In this document: positions 62,111 to 64,000 of the stretch, piece by piece
Layout of the letters: every line of letters begins with the position of its first letter
Position numbering within the stretch: the stretch's first letter is position 1
Assembly: GCA_030324005.1 (NCBI GenBank)
Contig: JARDVH010000163.1
Coordinates: 77,415,348-77,479,347, forward strand
Source of the DNA: Negaprion brevirostris
Lineage: Eukaryota
Reading direction: 5' to 3'
DNA length: 64,000 nt
The notes under the pieces: model-generated
Seen by the model: only the letters and a program-made list of their open reading frames with translations
The model's database searches: none
What the model was told of the DNA's origin: nothing
Made by a program: the position numbers and the translations under genes

Positions 62111-64000
62111 TTAGGTCAACGTTAGTGGGGTAAATACAGGGGGTTGCAGAAATAGTGTCAGAGTGGCCTGGGTTAGATGGTCTGTTGGGGACTCAATGGG
62201 TTAAATGGCCTCCTTCTGCACTGAAGGGATTTTATGAAGTCCTGTTATAACTTCACCAGGTTAGCAACTCATTTGAAGCCCATAAATATCCTCATCATGA
62301 TCTGCTATTTTGACAAGTTTTGTACAGCCTGCAAACTTTATAATGCCATTCGTTTCCTAAACTGATGTCTAGATCACTCATGAAAACTGACAACCGTCCC
62401 TCAATTTGAAAAACATCCAATCATCACTACGAGTTGTCAATTTGTATCCAGATTGCCACTTTCTCTTTAATTCTAGACTGGCATCTCCACAAGCCTACCG
62501 AATATCATACCCATGCCTTCCAGAAGTGTATACATATACTATAGGCTTACAGCACTACCTTAATTAACCTTCTCTAATCTATAATAAATAGTGTGTGTTT
62601 GTATTGCTCTTTGGTCAGGTTGATTTGGTTGGTGGAGCCTGGCACATACCTCTCTCCAGGCCCAATTACTAGCACCTTGGATCCCACTGCCTCCCCAGGT
62701 CTAAGTGCTCCAAGCCTAGGTCGTGACATGCTCTGAACATTCAAGCAAACTTTGTCTGATTTAAATTGCTGTGAAGCACCTTGGGACAATCAAGCACGTT
62801 AAAGGCACTATAGGTGCAAATTCCTATATGAATTAGAAGTCCTTTTTGTTCTTATTAATATTTTACCCAGGCAGCTAGCATTTGGTAGATTTACACTGGG
62901 ATTCCTGTCAATTACACAACAATCACACCACGAGAACTGACAATAGATGTATTATACATGACCCCAGTATAAAAGGATCCGAGTTGGTTTTAGGTCAGGA
63001 AAATGCATTTGGAGCTTATTATACAATATTTTAAACATCTAATTAGAGTCCTGGCCCTGATTCTTCCATCTGGCCGAATGCAGAACCAAGAGCCCACACT
63101 CAGATTCACTCTCTGAATACCAGCTCCTCCTCTTGACAGACCACAGCATTTTGCTTTCAAAGCACGGAGCTAAGGTTAAATTTAGGCGAAAACCTGGGGC
63201 CACCTGTGGAGAGCTGTTCTGAGCAATGCATTTTAGATTGGATATAAAACAATGAAAAAGGTATAATATGGAATACTGCCAAGGATGAAGATTATACTTA
63301 TGAAAGAGAGAAGAGGACTTATTTGACTGTGAAGATTAAGGAGGCTCCTGATTACACTCTTCATAATTCTGAAGATTTAAGATGAAGTAATGGCTTCACA
63401 GAAAGTTACAGTTCAGAAACAGGTAACTGAGTTCACCAATAAAATGATTGTTCCCTCTGGTTGTAGGGACAGTAATGGGAAAGGCAACATTCAAGGCAAT
63501 ATAAGAAAACATTCTGTATACTAGCTTGTTAAAATGTAATATGTAATTAGAGTATAAGAATGTAATAATTGGAGTATAAAGTGTTGCTGAAGCTAAGCAC
63601 AAAATTTATTTTAAAACAGATAGCTGTTCCCAATTCTTCTTTTCAGAAGAGTTTGAAATATTTCTAAGAATGGAATCAAACACACTATTACCTCCAAATT
63701 ACTCAATATCGAATAGTGTAGCAGAAAGTAATATATAGACTGAGAGGGGTCTCTGCAGGAGTGTTTGCTGGGACAAGCGAGGTTGTAATTTCTATGTTAC
63801 TCTTTGATACAGGCTAGAGAATTTTGTTCCCTTACAGAATAGCCCCACAGTCTATAACAGGTTGCTCTCCTTGAATTACTGTTTAAACGTGTTCCCAGGA
63901 TAAAGCCTGATGTCAATAACAAAGTAAGAGAAAAGCAAGAAAAGAGTCCTGAAACATGAGAATTCAGTGCTGATTATGATTAAAAACTAAGGTGATAAGG

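Noticed and set aside
62200-64000. Search for the DCAF1 promoter or first exon
   Set aside because: No CpG island or GC rise; the start is probably beyond 64000.

Overview
Vertebrate genomic DNA, not prokaryotic. The repeat content (HE1-type V-SINEs, CR1 LINEs, Deu-domain SINEs, Penelope-like ends) points to a cartilaginous fish, probably a shark. The window lies almost entirely inside one minus-strand gene, DCAF1 (VPRBP). I traced 17 coding exons by hand from the ATG at 55509 to 1706; all junctions are GT-AG and phase-consistent, giving 3837 nt or 1279 codons. The remaining WD40/acidic-tail exons lie left of base 1, and no promoter or CpG island is visible. The introns are a nested mosaic of retroelements and DNA-transposon remnants with many N gaps. 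Best leads: (1) an intact-looking minimal hammerhead ribozyme core in a Penelope-like terminal repeat at 52296-52334, with decayed siblings elsewhere; (2) a U12-type 5' splice site after the exon at 1706; (3) a candidate 47-nt 5'-UTR exon that would create an out-of-frame uORF overlapping the DCAF1 start; (4) three local inverted duplications of apparently unique intron DNA that would fold into long dsRNA. Exon coordinates were read base by base; repeat boundaries are approximate and repeat family names come from recall, not a database search.
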